DNA of 41,091 bases, taken from assembly GCA_035716085.1 (NCBI GenBank), contig DASTKC010000198.1, forward strand, positions 1-41,091. Reading direction: 5' to 3'. Within the stretch, counting starts at the first letter, position 1. Each line of letters starts with the position of its first letter. A program made the position numbers and the translations under genes. Below the pieces are notes generated by a model that was not told where the DNA came from, did no database searches, and saw only the letters and a list, made by a program, of their open reading frames with translations. Origin of the DNA: Candidatus Eiseniibacteriota bacterium (GTDB lineage: Bacteria; Eisenbacteria; RBG-16-71-46; SZUA-252). This document shows, piece by piece, positions 28,785 through 37,356 of this stretch.

Positions 28785-30002
28785 ATGCGAGTCGTCTTTC
28801 TCACCTCGCGCCTGCCCTTCCCCCCCGAAGGGGGCGATCGCTTCCGCGTCTACCACCAGATCCGAACGGCATCCGAAGCCGGTCACGAGGTCCACCTCGT
28901 GACGTTCGCGCGCGAGCATCCCGATCCCTTGTCGATCGCGCCGCTCGAGCGCCTCCTCGCGTCGATCACCGTGGTGCCGCTGCCTCCCCTGCTCTCGGCG
29001 TTCCGCGCCGCCAAGGCGATCGCGGGGCACGCGCCGTTCCAGGCAGCCTATTACCGCTCGCGCCGCATGGAGGATGAGGTTCGCCGCACGCTCCGCCGTG
29101 TGAAGCCGGACGTGGTCGTGACGCATCTCTTCCGGATGGCTCCCTACGCGCTCGCGAATCAGGGCACGTGCCAGGCGCGCTGGATCCTCGATCTCACGGA
29201 CGTGATCTCGGTCGGCATCGCCCGGTCGCTTCCGTTCCGGAAGGGGCCCGATCGCTGGCTCTACCGCGAAGAGCGCCGCCGTATCCGGCGGTACGAATCG
29301 GAGATCTCGCCCCAATTCGACGAGTGCTGGGTGATCAGCGACGCCGAACGGAACGAGCTCACGCGGATCGCTCCCGGCGCCGACGTTCGCGTCGTGCCGA
29401 ACGGACTCGTGCCCGGCTCCCGCCTCGACGGAAACGCGCCCGACAAGGCGCGGCTCCTCTTCCTCGGCTTCCACCAGGTATTCCACAACCGCGACGCCTT
29501 GCGCTTCCTCGTGCAGGAGGTCCTGCCGCGCGTCCGCGCGAGCGTGCCGGACGCGACGCTCGACGTGATCGGAGCGGGCGCGGAGGCGCTCGGACCATGG
29601 GCGCGAGGGCCCGGGGTGCACGTGCTGGGGCACGTTCCGCGGCTCGAGCCCTACTTCGTGCGGGCCACCGTCTTCGTCGCGCCTCACCGCTTCGCGGCGG
29701 GCGTGCAGAACAAGGTGGTGCACGCGCTCGCGAACGGCGTTCCGGTCGTTTCGACCTCGGTCGTCCGGAGGGGCCTCGAGCCCATTCCAAGAGGCTTGAT
29801 CCTGACCGGGGAGACCGCCGACGAGATCGCGGCGCGCGTCGTCGATGTCATCCACCACCCGGCCCGCGCCGCGTGGATGGCCGAGCAGGGGCGCGAGTGG
29901 GCGCTCGCCACGTTCAGCTGGCACGCCACGCTCGAAGCGCTCGAGGCCCACGACACCGATTCCGCGGCTGACGCGGAACCGCTCGTCTCCTCGGCCGTGT
30001 GA
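28785..30002 (+). CDS. Family 4 (GT-B) glycosyltransferase
   Basis: MRVVFLTSRLPFPPEGGDR, VAPHRFAAGVQNKVVHALANGVPVV. Confidence 0.78.
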   Translation: MRVVFLTSRLPFPPEGGDRFRVYHQIRTASEAGHEVHLVTFAREHPDPLSIAPLERLLASITVVPLPPLLSAFRAAKAIAGHAPFQAAYYRSRRMEDEVRRTLRRVKPDVVVTHLFRMAPYALANQGTCQARWILDLTDVISVGIARSLPFRKGPDRWLYREERRRIRRYESEISPQFDECWVISDAERNELTRIAPGADVRVVPNGLVPGSRLDGNAPDKARLLFLGFHQVFHNRDALRFLVQEVLPRVRASVPDATLDVIGAGAEALGPWARGPGVHVLGHVPRLEPYFVRATVFVAPHRFAAGVQNKVVHALANGVPVVSTSVVRRGLEPIPRGLILTGETADEIAARVVDVIHHPARAAWMAEQGREWALATFSWHATLEALEAHDTDSAADAEPLVSSAV

Positions 30003-31012
30003 TCGGCCCTCCACCGAACCTCGTCTTCGCCCCGCTCGCGTTCGGCTGCGCCCTGGCGCTGACGCCGCTCCTCGGCCGCATCGCCGAGGGGACCGGCTAC
30101 CTCGATCATCCCGATCTCAGAAAACACCACGCACAGCCGACGCCGCTTTTGGGCGGCGTCGCGATCGGCCTCTCGATCGTCTCCGCGCTCCTTCTCGCGA
30201 ACTACGTGTTCGAGAGGACCGTGAACGTGCCGGCGCCGGGGATCATGCTCGGCGCGGCGATCTCGCTCGTTCTCGGATTGATCGACGACTGGCGTCCGAT
30301 GGGGCCGCTGGGAAAGCTCGTGGGCCAGGTGGCCGCGGCGGCGAGCCTCGTCCTCTGGGGACCTCGCATGGAGTGGCTGCACGGCAATCCGATCGTGGTC
30401 GCGACCGCGATCGTCGCGGTGGTCGCGCTCTTGAACGCGGTCAACTTCCTCGATGCGATGGATGGAATCGTCGGCACCGTGCTCCCCATCATCGGAGCCG
30501 GGTTCGTCGCGCTGGCGGTGCTCTATCAAGCGCCCCTCGCGACCGCGCTCGGATGGTCGATCGTCGGCGCGTGCGCGGGATTCCTCGTCTACAACGCGCC
30601 CCCGGCGCGCATCTTCCTGGGCGACGCCGGAAGCCATCTCCTCGGCTTCGGTCTCGCGACGCTCGCGCTCCAGGCGCTCCGGGACGAGCCCACGCTGCCG
30701 CACGTCGCGTCCGTCACCATCCTCGTTGCGTATCCACTTTTCGACGTCATGTTCGTCATGTGGGACAGAAGTGCCCGTCGGAAGCCGATCTATGTCGGAG
30801 GTGTGGACCACACGACACACCGCTTGAGCCGACGGTGGGGCGCTTGGCCGACACTCGGCCTCCTCGCGCTGCTCAACGTAATCCATGTAGCACTCGCGCT
30901 ATGGGTCTGGGGCCTCTCCGGACCGCAAGCCGTGATTCCGCTTGTCCTCATTTTTGGGCTTGGATACGCCATTTTCGGGGCCTACCTGAGACGTTTGAGT
31001 CCCACCCCCTAG
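29999..31012 (+). CDS. MraY/WecA-family polyprenyl-phosphate N-acetylhexosamine-1-phosphate transferase
   Basis: PLLGGVAIG, LIDDW, NAVNFLDAMDG, YNAPPARIFLGDAGSHLLGF. GTGA overlap with the preceding stop. Confidence 0.86.
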   Translation: MIGPPPNLVFAPLAFGCALALTPLLGRIAEGTGYLDHPDLRKHHAQPTPLLGGVAIGLSIVSALLLANYVFERTVNVPAPGIMLGAAISLVLGLIDDWRPMGPLGKLVGQVAAAASLVLWGPRMEWLHGNPIVVATAIVAVVALLNAVNFLDAMDGIVGTVLPIIGAGFVALAVLYQAPLATALGWSIVGACAGFLVYNAPPARIFLGDAGSHLLGFGLATLALQALRDEPTLPHVASVTILVAYPLFDVMFVMWDRSARRKPIYVGGVDHTTHRLSRRWGAWPTLGLLALLNVIHVALALWVWGLSGPQAVIPLVLIFGLGYAIFGAYLRRLSPTP

Positions 31013-31020
31013 TTCGACAT

Positions 31021-31049
31021 TTGACAAACGGCTTTTACAGTTGTATAGT
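31021..31049 (+). promoter_or_regulatory. Near-consensus sigma-70 promoter: TTGACA, 17 nt spacer, TATAGT
   Basis: Read directly: ttgaca aacggcttttacagttg tatagt. It sits in the only clearly low-GC intergenic stretch, about 70 nt upstream of the regulator ATG. Confidence 0.5.
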
Positions 31050-31073
31050 CCGTCAAGCAAATCCACAGGGGAG

Positions 31074-31100
31074 CCGGTGCCATCCCACCGGTGTGGTTTT
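31074..31100 (+). other. Leader hairpin CCGGTG-ccatcc-CACCGG followed by GTGTGGTTTT
   Basis: 6 bp perfect inverted repeat, 6 nt loop and a downstream T4 run, lying between the putative promoter and the ATG at 31118. Confidence 0.3.
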
Positions 31101-31117
31101 CGCGAGGGCCAAACGAC

Positions 31118-32797
31118 ATGTCACAGCGCCCTGATCCAATGCACGAGAACGATCCAACGCCTGAATTGCCGGAAATGGACCCGCTCGAACGTCTGAGCCG
31201 GGGGCTCACACAATGGGAACGTGAGCTTCTGGCGCAGCCGCGTTCGCCGGCGCGTCCGCGCGCGTCCACCGATCTCGAGCGCGTCAACAACGTGCTCCAG
31301 GCGAGCCGCCAGGTTACCGGCACGCTCGACTGGAACGAGCTCCTGATACGCGTCGTCGACGCCGTCGTTCAGATCGCCGGCGCCGATCGCGGCTTCCTCA
31401 TGCGCATGCGCGAGGATGGAAAGCTCCACTTCGAGATCGCGCGGAGCCGCGACGAGGCCACGCTGCCGCCGGACGAGTTCCAGATCTCCTGGGGCATCGC
31501 CGAGGAAGCGGCGCACCGCCGCGAGACCGTCTGGGTTCCCGACGCCGTCGGCTCCTCCCTCTTCCAGGATCGAAAGAGCGTCCGCGAGCTCTCGCTTCGC
31601 ACCGTCGTCGCTCTTCCCATCCTGACCGCGGGGCGCGTGCTCGGCGTGCTCTACGTCGACTCGCATTCGATCGCGCACGAGTTCACTCCCGAAGACATCG
31701 CGATTCTCGAAGGCTTCGCGGCGCAGGTCGCGGTGGCGCTCGAGAACGCGCGGCTGCACGAAGAGCTCAAGGATTCGAAGAACCGTCTCGAGATGGAGAA
31801 CCTGAATCTCCGCCGCGCGCTCAAGGAGGAGTCGCGGTACGGCCTCCTCGTGGGCCGGAGCCCGAAGATGCTCCGCGTCATCGAGCTCATGGAGAAGGTC
31901 ATCCCGACGCAGGTGTCGATCCTGATCCAGGGCGAGACGGGAACCGGGAAGGAGCTGATCGCCCGCGCGATCCATCTGAACGGCCCGCGCCGCGAGAAGA
32001 ACTTCATGGCGGTGAACTGCGGCGCGCTGCCGGAATCGCTCCTCGAGAGCGAGCTCTTCGGCTACCGGAAGGGTGCATTCACCGGCGCGTCGGAAGACCG
32101 CATCGGCCTCTTCGAAGCGGCGGACGGCGGGACGTTGTTCCTGGACGAGGTGGGGGAGATGCCCGCCACGCTCCAGGTGAAGCTCCTCCGCGTGCTTCAG
32201 GACTCGCAAATCCGTCGCGTCGGGGACACCGTGTCCCGCCGCGTGGATTTCCGTCTGATCGCCGCGACCAACCGCGACCTCAAGACCGAGGTCGAGGCTG
32301 GGCGATTCCGCCAGGACCTCTTCTACCGGCTCAACGTGGTGCCGATCTCGCTGCCGCCGCTTCGCGAGCGGGGCGAGGACGTGCTCCTTCTCTCGCAGCA
32401 CTTCCTCGAGCTCTTCTCGAAGCAGCAGGAGAAACCGGTGCGCGGCCTGAGCGCGGAATCGCGGGAGCTCCTGCTCCGTCATCCGTGGCCGGGGAACGTC
32501 CGCGAGTTGGAGAACGCCATGGCTCGCGCGGTCGCGCTGGCCGACGAGGGAGGCGCCATCGAGCCGCTCCTCTTCGGGCTGGGCGCGCCGGTCACGCGGC
32601 GCTGGGACGGCCAGCACACGCTGCGGGAGACGCTCGACGCCGTCGAGGCGGAGACGATCCGCGAAGCGCTGCGCCAGTGCGAGTCGAACGTCTCGCGCGC
32701 GGCGCGTGCCCTCGGCGTGAGCCGCCAGCATCTCCACAACCGGATGAACGCGCACGGCATCCGCCGCTCCCGGACCCTGAGCGAGTCCGCCGGATAG
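31118..32797 (+). CDS. Sigma-54-dependent transcriptional activator (GAF sensor, AAA+ domain, Fis-type HTH)
   Basis: GAF-like N-terminus (GADRGFLM...ALPIL...GVLYVDS). Walker [15 protein letters not shown] motif (KGAFTGA), Walker [16 protein letters not shown]-terminal [23 protein letters not shown]. No receiver domain. Confidence 0.9.
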   Translation: MSQRPDPMHENDPTPELPEMDPLERLSRGLTQWERELLAQPRSPARPRASTDLERVNNVLQASRQVTGTLDWNELLIRVVDAVVQIAGADRGFLMRMREDGKLHFEIARSRDEATLPPDEFQISWGIAEEAAHRRETVWVPDAVGSSLFQDRKSVRELSLRTVVALPILTAGRVLGVLYVDSHSIAHEFTPEDIAILEGFAAQVAVALENARLHEELKDSKNRLEMENLNLRRALKEESRYGLLVGRSPKMLRVIELMEKVIPTQVSILIQGETGTGKELIARAIHLNGPRREKNFMAVNCGALPESLLESELFGYRKGAFTGASEDRIGLFEAADGGTLFLDEVGEMPATLQVKLLRVLQDSQIRRVGDTVSRRVDFRLIAATNRDLKTEVEAGRFRQDLFYRLNVVPISLPPLRERGEDVLLLSQHFLELFSKQQEKPVRGLSAESRELLLRHPWPGNVRELENAMARAVALADEGGAIEPLLFGLGAPVTRRWDGQHTLRETLDAVEAETIREALRQCESNVSRAARALGVSRQHLHNRMNAHGIRRSRTLSESAG

Positions 32798-32886
32798 GAT
32801 CGGTGTCGTCCACAATCGCTCCCCGCGCGACGTCCGGGAAGGACGCAATCGCCTCCCGGAGGCTTAGCTCGCTCCGCGCCATCCTC

Positions 32887-33837
32887 ATGCAGAGCGATGC
32901 CGAGATCCGCGCGCAGTTCCCCGAGTACTTCCTCACGTATTACACGTACCTCCGCATCATTCGGAACCCCGCGCGCATCGAGCACCTCTTCCAGAAGGGG
33001 TACGACATGTACCGCTACCTCGAAGCCGAGGGGAAGGACGTGCTCGATCTGGGGGCGGGATTCGGGATCGAGGCGCTCCTCGTCGCGATCTACGGCGCTC
33101 GGCGCGTGGTGGCGACCGAGATCGACCACGACATGGTCGCGGTCGGGACCTATCTCGCGGAGAAGATCGATCCGCCGGCCACCCACTTCGAATCCAAGTA
33201 CGGCGACGGGATCGGGATGGAGTTCCCGTCCGCCTCCTTCGACGGGGTCATGGCCAACTGCGTCATCTCGCACGTGCGGGATCTCGAGGGCTTTCTCGCG
33301 GAGGCGAATCGCCTGCTCCGGCCGGGCGGGATCTTCTTCCTGAGCGACGAGAACAACTCGCTCTACCTTCCCGCGCGCGGCCGGCGCCGGCGCGGCTGGC
33401 ACAGCATGGAGCACGAGCCGGACGGTCCTTACTTCGCCGCCCGGCGAGCGATGATCGGGGAGCGCTTTCCCGGGCTCAGCTCGAACCAGCTTCTCGAGGC
33501 GGTGCGGCAGACGCGCGGCCTCTGGGGAGAGGGCGTCGAAGCGGGGGTTCGGGAGCTCGTGGAGACGGGCCGGGTTGAGCGGAAGCCCGAGTTCCTGTAC
33601 CGGGATCCTCGCGACGGGCAGTACCCCGAGCGGGAGCTCAATCCGTTCTGGATGATGCGAAAGTTCAAGGACGCCGGACTCGAGCCGGAGCTCTTGCCGG
33701 CGTTCTTCTCGCGCGCCATCGAGGTGCATCCACGGCAGTGGGTGAAGGATTTCCTCCGGTTCTTCTGCGTGCGGTGGCCGGCCTTGTCGGTCTACGTCTG
33801 GCCCATCATGCGGCTCCGCGGGCGAAAACTGCGTTGA
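32887..33837 (+). CDS. Class I SAM-dependent methyltransferase with a C-terminal extension of about 150 aa
   Basis: VLDLGAGFGIEAL, VATEID, DGVMANCVISHV, LRPGGIFF. An alternative in-frame GTG at 32803 lies just after the regulator stop. Confidence 0.72.
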   Translation: MQSDAEIRAQFPEYFLTYYTYLRIIRNPARIEHLFQKGYDMYRYLEAEGKDVLDLGAGFGIEALLVAIYGARRVVATEIDHDMVAVGTYLAEKIDPPATHFESKYGDGIGMEFPSASFDGVMANCVISHVRDLEGFLAEANRLLRPGGIFFLSDENNSLYLPARGRRRRGWHSMEHEPDGPYFAARRAMIGERFPGLSSNQLLEAVRQTRGLWGEGVEAGVRELVETGRVERKPEFLYRDPRDGQYPERELNPFWMMRKFKDAGLEPELLPAFFSRAIEVHPRQWVKDFLRFFCVRWPALSVYVWPIMRLRGRKLR

Positions 33838-33871
33838 CACTGCCTTGTAACGTCGCCTAGGCTGCGGCCTA

Positions 33872-35062
33872 GTGAAGTCCGTGAGCGTCACCTTGATCGG
33901 GCTTTTCCTCGCGGCGAATGCCTTCGCCGCCCCTATCGACGCGCCCGCTACCCCGCCTCCCGACCTTCCCATCCCGCAGAACCTGGTCGCCAAGGACAAG
34001 CCAGGAGACTCCGGTGGGTCCGTCGTCCTGACGTGGACGGACCCGGTTTCGCTTCCCGCCGGGGCGGACATCGAGGTGCTCCGGGCGGAGCCGCCGGCCT
34101 ACGACCTGCAGCCGATCGATCACGTGGCGGCCGGCAAGGGGACGTATACCGACACTTCGGCCAAGGACGGCGTGGCGTACCGCTACGGCCTCCGGACCAG
34201 CCTTGCGGCGACCGACTCCACGGGGGCGGTCAGCGTGGCGGCCGCGACCGGCGCTCCGGTCGTGAGCGAGCCCGTCTCCTCGCACGACAACTGGTTCAAG
34301 GTCGAGCGCACCAACTCCTTCATCGCCTCGATCCTGTTCGTGATCATCATCCTCGGCTCGATCCAGGTGGCGCGCTCCGGCAAGGAGATCTTCATCCGCC
34401 GGATCGCAGGCTTGAACGCCATCGACGAGGCCATCGGCCGCGCGACGGAGATCGGCAAGAAGGTGATGTACATCCCCGGCATCCAGTCGATGGATGACAT
34501 CCAGACCGTCGCCTCGGTGGCGATCCTGGGCCATGTGGCGCGCTCGACCGCGCGCTACGGCACCGACCTCGAGGTGCCGAACAAGGACCCGCTCACGTTC
34601 GCCTCCGCGCGCGAGGTCGTCCGCGCGGCCTACCTCGAGGAAGGGAGGCCGGATCTCTTCCGCGAGGAGATGGTGAACTACGTCACGTACGACCAGTTCG
34701 CCTTCACCGCGGCGGTCTCCGCGAAGATGACGCGCGAGAAGCCGGCCGCGATCTTCCTGGTCGGCTACTTCTTCGCGGAGTCGCTCATCCTGGCCGAGAC
34801 GGGGCAGTCGACCGGAGCGATCCAGATCGCCGGGCAGGCCGATCCCACGCAGCTCCCGTTCTTCGTGGCGACCTGCGACTACACGCTGATCGGCGAGGAG
34901 CTCTACGCGGCGAGCGCGTACCTCTCGCGCGAGCCGGTCCTGCTCGGCTCCATCCGTGGGCAGGACATCGCCAAGGGCATCCTCATCCTCATCGCGATCG
35001 CTGGCATCGTGCTCGCGAGCGTCCACCTGGTCGACATCTCCCCCTGGATCCGAACCAAATGA
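33872..35062 (+). CDS. Uncharacterised envelope protein A: signal peptide, FN3-like domain, TM, ~195 aa domain, C-terminal TM
   Basis: GTG start. MKSVSVTLIGLFLAANAFA/AP signal. FN3-like PQNLVA...GSVVLTWTDP...TYTDTSAKDGVAYRYGLRT. Hydrophobic FIASILFVIIILGSI and GILILIAIAGIVLASV. Codon usage matches its neighbours. Confidence 0.7.
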   Translation: MKSVSVTLIGLFLAANAFAAPIDAPATPPPDLPIPQNLVAKDKPGDSGGSVVLTWTDPVSLPAGADIEVLRAEPPAYDLQPIDHVAAGKGTYTDTSAKDGVAYRYGLRTSLAATDSTGAVSVAAATGAPVVSEPVSSHDNWFKVERTNSFIASILFVIIILGSIQVARSGKEIFIRRIAGLNAIDEAIGRATEIGKKVMYIPGIQSMDDIQTVASVAILGHVARSTARYGTDLEVPNKDPLTFASAREVVRAAYLEEGRPDLFREEMVNYVTYDQFAFTAAVSAKMTREKPAAIFLVGYFFAESLILAETGQSTGAIQIAGQADPTQLPFFVATCDYTLIGEELYAASAYLSREPVLLGSIRGQDIAKGILILIAIAGIVLASVHLVDISPWIRTK

Positions 35063-35859
35063 GCTTCGAATTCGGACAGGTCGCTCTCGTCCTCTGCTTC
35101 GCGATCGTTCCGATCATCGGGATCGTGCTGGGGCTGAACGCGCCCGGTCTTCGGAGCCGCGGCCCGATCCTGATTGGCGTCGTCGCCGGCCTCGTCCCCA
35201 TCTTGGCGATGTACATCCCGAAGGGCTTCGTGTCGGGACCCGAGGGAATGGGGCCCCGGCTCGACAACTGGCTCATCATCCTGGCGGGGTTCGCCCTGCT
35301 CCTCGGGATCGTGAACGTGCTGCAGAACAATTTTAAGAAAATCGCGCGCCGGGAGTCCGGCTGGTTCTTCTCGGTCGTTCTCCTGATCGGGCTCTTCGTC
35401 ACGGGAGGGTTCGGAGTCTACGGGGCGCTCTCGAGGGTGGGCATCGGCTTCAATCCGGATGGCTCGCCGACGCCGTTCAAGTACATGACCGACTGGTTCT
35501 TCCAGCCGCTCCAGTCCACGATCTTCGCGCTCCTCGCGTTCTTCATGGCGAGCGCGGCGTTCCGCGCGTTCCGCGCCAGGAACGTGGAGGCGACGATCCT
35601 CCTCATCGCCGCCGGCCTCGTGATGCTCGGCCGCGTTCCGATCCTCGAGTTCCTGGCGGTTCCGTTCCCGTTCCTCCATGCGGCCGCCGCGTCCGGCAGC
35701 CAGGGGTTGGGGAAGCTCACCGAGTGGATCATGGACGTGCCGAACGGAGCGGCGCAGTCGGGCATCATCATCGGCGCGGCGCTCGGCGCCGCGTCCATGG
35801 CGATCCGCGTGATTCTCGGCATCGAGCGCGGCTACCTCGGCCTGGGGAAGGGGGAGTAG
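35059..35859 (+). CDS. Uncharacterised polytopic membrane protein B (about 7 TM)
   Basis: ATGA overlap with A. Seven hydrophobic segments. I recognised no motif. Confidence 0.7.
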   Translation: MSFEFGQVALVLCFAIVPIIGIVLGLNAPGLRSRGPILIGVVAGLVPILAMYIPKGFVSGPEGMGPRLDNWLIILAGFALLLGIVNVLQNNFKKIARRESGWFFSVVLLIGLFVTGGFGVYGALSRVGIGFNPDGSPTPFKYMTDWFFQPLQSTIFALLAFFMASAAFRAFRARNVEATILLIAAGLVMLGRVPILEFLAVPFPFLHAAAASGSQGLGKLTEWIMDVPNGAAQSGIIIGAALGAASMAIRVILGIERGYLGLGKGE

Positions 35860-35860
35860 G

Positions 35861-36733
35861 GTGCGCGCGTTCTTGGAACGGCTCCTCCGCCTGGATCGCC
35901 GCTGGATCTTTCTCTTCGTCCTCCTGAGCGTCGCGATTCCGATCGTGATTCCCCTTGGGCTTCCCGTGACCACGACCGAATCCACGCGCAAGGCCTTCGA
36001 GTTCATCGAAGCCATGAAGCCCGGCGACACGGTGCTGATCTCGTTCGACTACGGGCCGTCCTCGGCCCCGGAGAACGATCCGATGGCCGAAGCCGTCATG
36101 CGGCAGTGCGCGATCAAGAAGCTCCGCTTCATCGTGATCGCGCTCTACCCGCTCGGAGGGCTGAACCTCGCCAACAACGTCGTCGCCAAGGTCGCGGCCG
36201 AGTACCCCGATCTCAAGTACGGCGTCGATTACGTCAATCTCGGCTACAAGGACGGCGCGTCGGCGGTCATGCGCCGGATGGGGGACGACATCGCGGGCGC
36301 GTTCCCGACGGACGAGGCGGGCACTCCCATCGCGCAGATCCCGATGATGAAGGGGATCGGAAGCCTTCGTCAGGTGCAGCTCGTCTTCACGGTGGCGACC
36401 GGGATCATCGGGGAGTGGTGGATCACGCAGGTGCACCCGCAGGTGGGCACACCGGTCATCATCGGTCCGACCGCGGTGAGCGCTCCCAAGTACTATGCCT
36501 TCCTGAACTCGGGCCAGCTCGTCGGAATGATCGGAGGCATGAAGGGCGCTGCCGAGTACGAGAAGCTCATGCGCGCGGCCCATCCCGACATGGAACGCTT
36601 CTACAAGTCGACCCGCGACTTCACGGCCACCAAGGGGATGGATGGGCAGACTGTGATGCACACGGTCGTACTCCTCTTTATCCTGCTCGGCAATCTGGCG
36701 TTCTTCCTCACTCAGAAGAGGGCGGTCCGGTGA
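35861..36733 (+). CDS. Uncharacterised bitopic protein C: N-terminal TM, ~220 aa globular domain, C-terminal TM
   Basis: GTG 1 nt after the B stop. RRWIFLFVLLSVAIPIVIPLGL and VMHTVVLLFILLGNLAFFL flank a soluble domain. Confidence 0.7.
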   Translation: MRAFLERLLRLDRRWIFLFVLLSVAIPIVIPLGLPVTTTESTRKAFEFIEAMKPGDTVLISFDYGPSSAPENDPMAEAVMRQCAIKKLRFIVIALYPLGGLNLANNVVAKVAAEYPDLKYGVDYVNLGYKDGASAVMRRMGDDIAGAFPTDEAGTPIAQIPMMKGIGSLRQVQLVFTVATGIIGEWWITQVHPQVGTPVIIGPTAVSAPKYYAFLNSGQLVGMIGGMKGAAEYEKLMRAAHPDMERFYKSTRDFTATKGMDGQTVMHTVVLLFILLGNLAFFLTQKRAVR

Positions 36734-37356
36734 GCCATCTGCCCCCGATCGGCGTCTGGATCGCGGCGTTCCTGACCCTCTCCGCGCTCTCGTTCCTGTA
36801 CAAGGACAACCCGTTCTTCCGCTTCGCGGAGAGCCTCTTCGCCGGCGTGTCGCTCGGCTACTACGTGGGGATCACCCTCGACCAGACCCTCGTCCCGAAC
36901 CTGATCGAGCCGATGCAGCAGGACTTCGGCAAGCACTGGGATCTGCTCGTGCCGGGGCTTCTCGGGGTGTTGCTCTACGCGCGCTATCTGCCGCGGATCG
37001 GATGGGTCTCGCGCTACGCGCTGGCGATCTACGTGACCTACTACATCGGGCTCGATTTCACGCGGCGTCTGCATGGCGAAGCCATGCCGCAGATCGCCCG
37101 CGTCATCGTGGCCCTCCCCGGGCCGAATCCGCTCGCGTTCATCTTCGTGGTGGGCGTGCTGAGCGTGCTGGTCTACTTCTTCTTCTCGAAGGAGCAGGGG
37201 CCGGTGACGCGGAGGATTTCGAGGCTGGGGATCTGGTTCCTGATGATCTCGTTCGGCGCCGCCTTCGGCTTCACGGTCATGGGCCGCGTCGCCCTTCTGA
37301 TCGGCCGCCTCAACTTCCTGATTCTGGACTGGATCTACCCGATTCTCGGGATTTGA
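36730..37356 (+). CDS. Uncharacterised polytopic membrane protein D (about 6 TM)
   Basis: GTGA overlap with C. Six to seven hydrophobic segments. The 3' end overlaps the convergent regulator gene by 47 nt. Confidence 0.68.
   Translation: MSHLPPIGVWIAAFLTLSALSFLYKDNPFFRFAESLFAGVSLGYYVGITLDQTLVPNLIEPMQQDFGKHWDLLVPGLLGVLLYARYLPRIGWVSRYALAIYVTYYIGLDFTRRLHGEAMPQIARVIVALPGPNPLAFIFVVGVLSVLVYFFFSKEQGPVTRRISRLGIWFLMISFGAAFGFTVMGRVALLIGRLNFLILDWIYPILGI

Noticed and set aside
35320-35345. AT-rich patch (aacaattttaagaaaatc) inside gene B.
   Set aside because: It encodes QNNFKKI in a cytoplasmic loop in the correct frame. There are no inverted repeats or promoter-like spacing, so ordinary coding constraint explains it.
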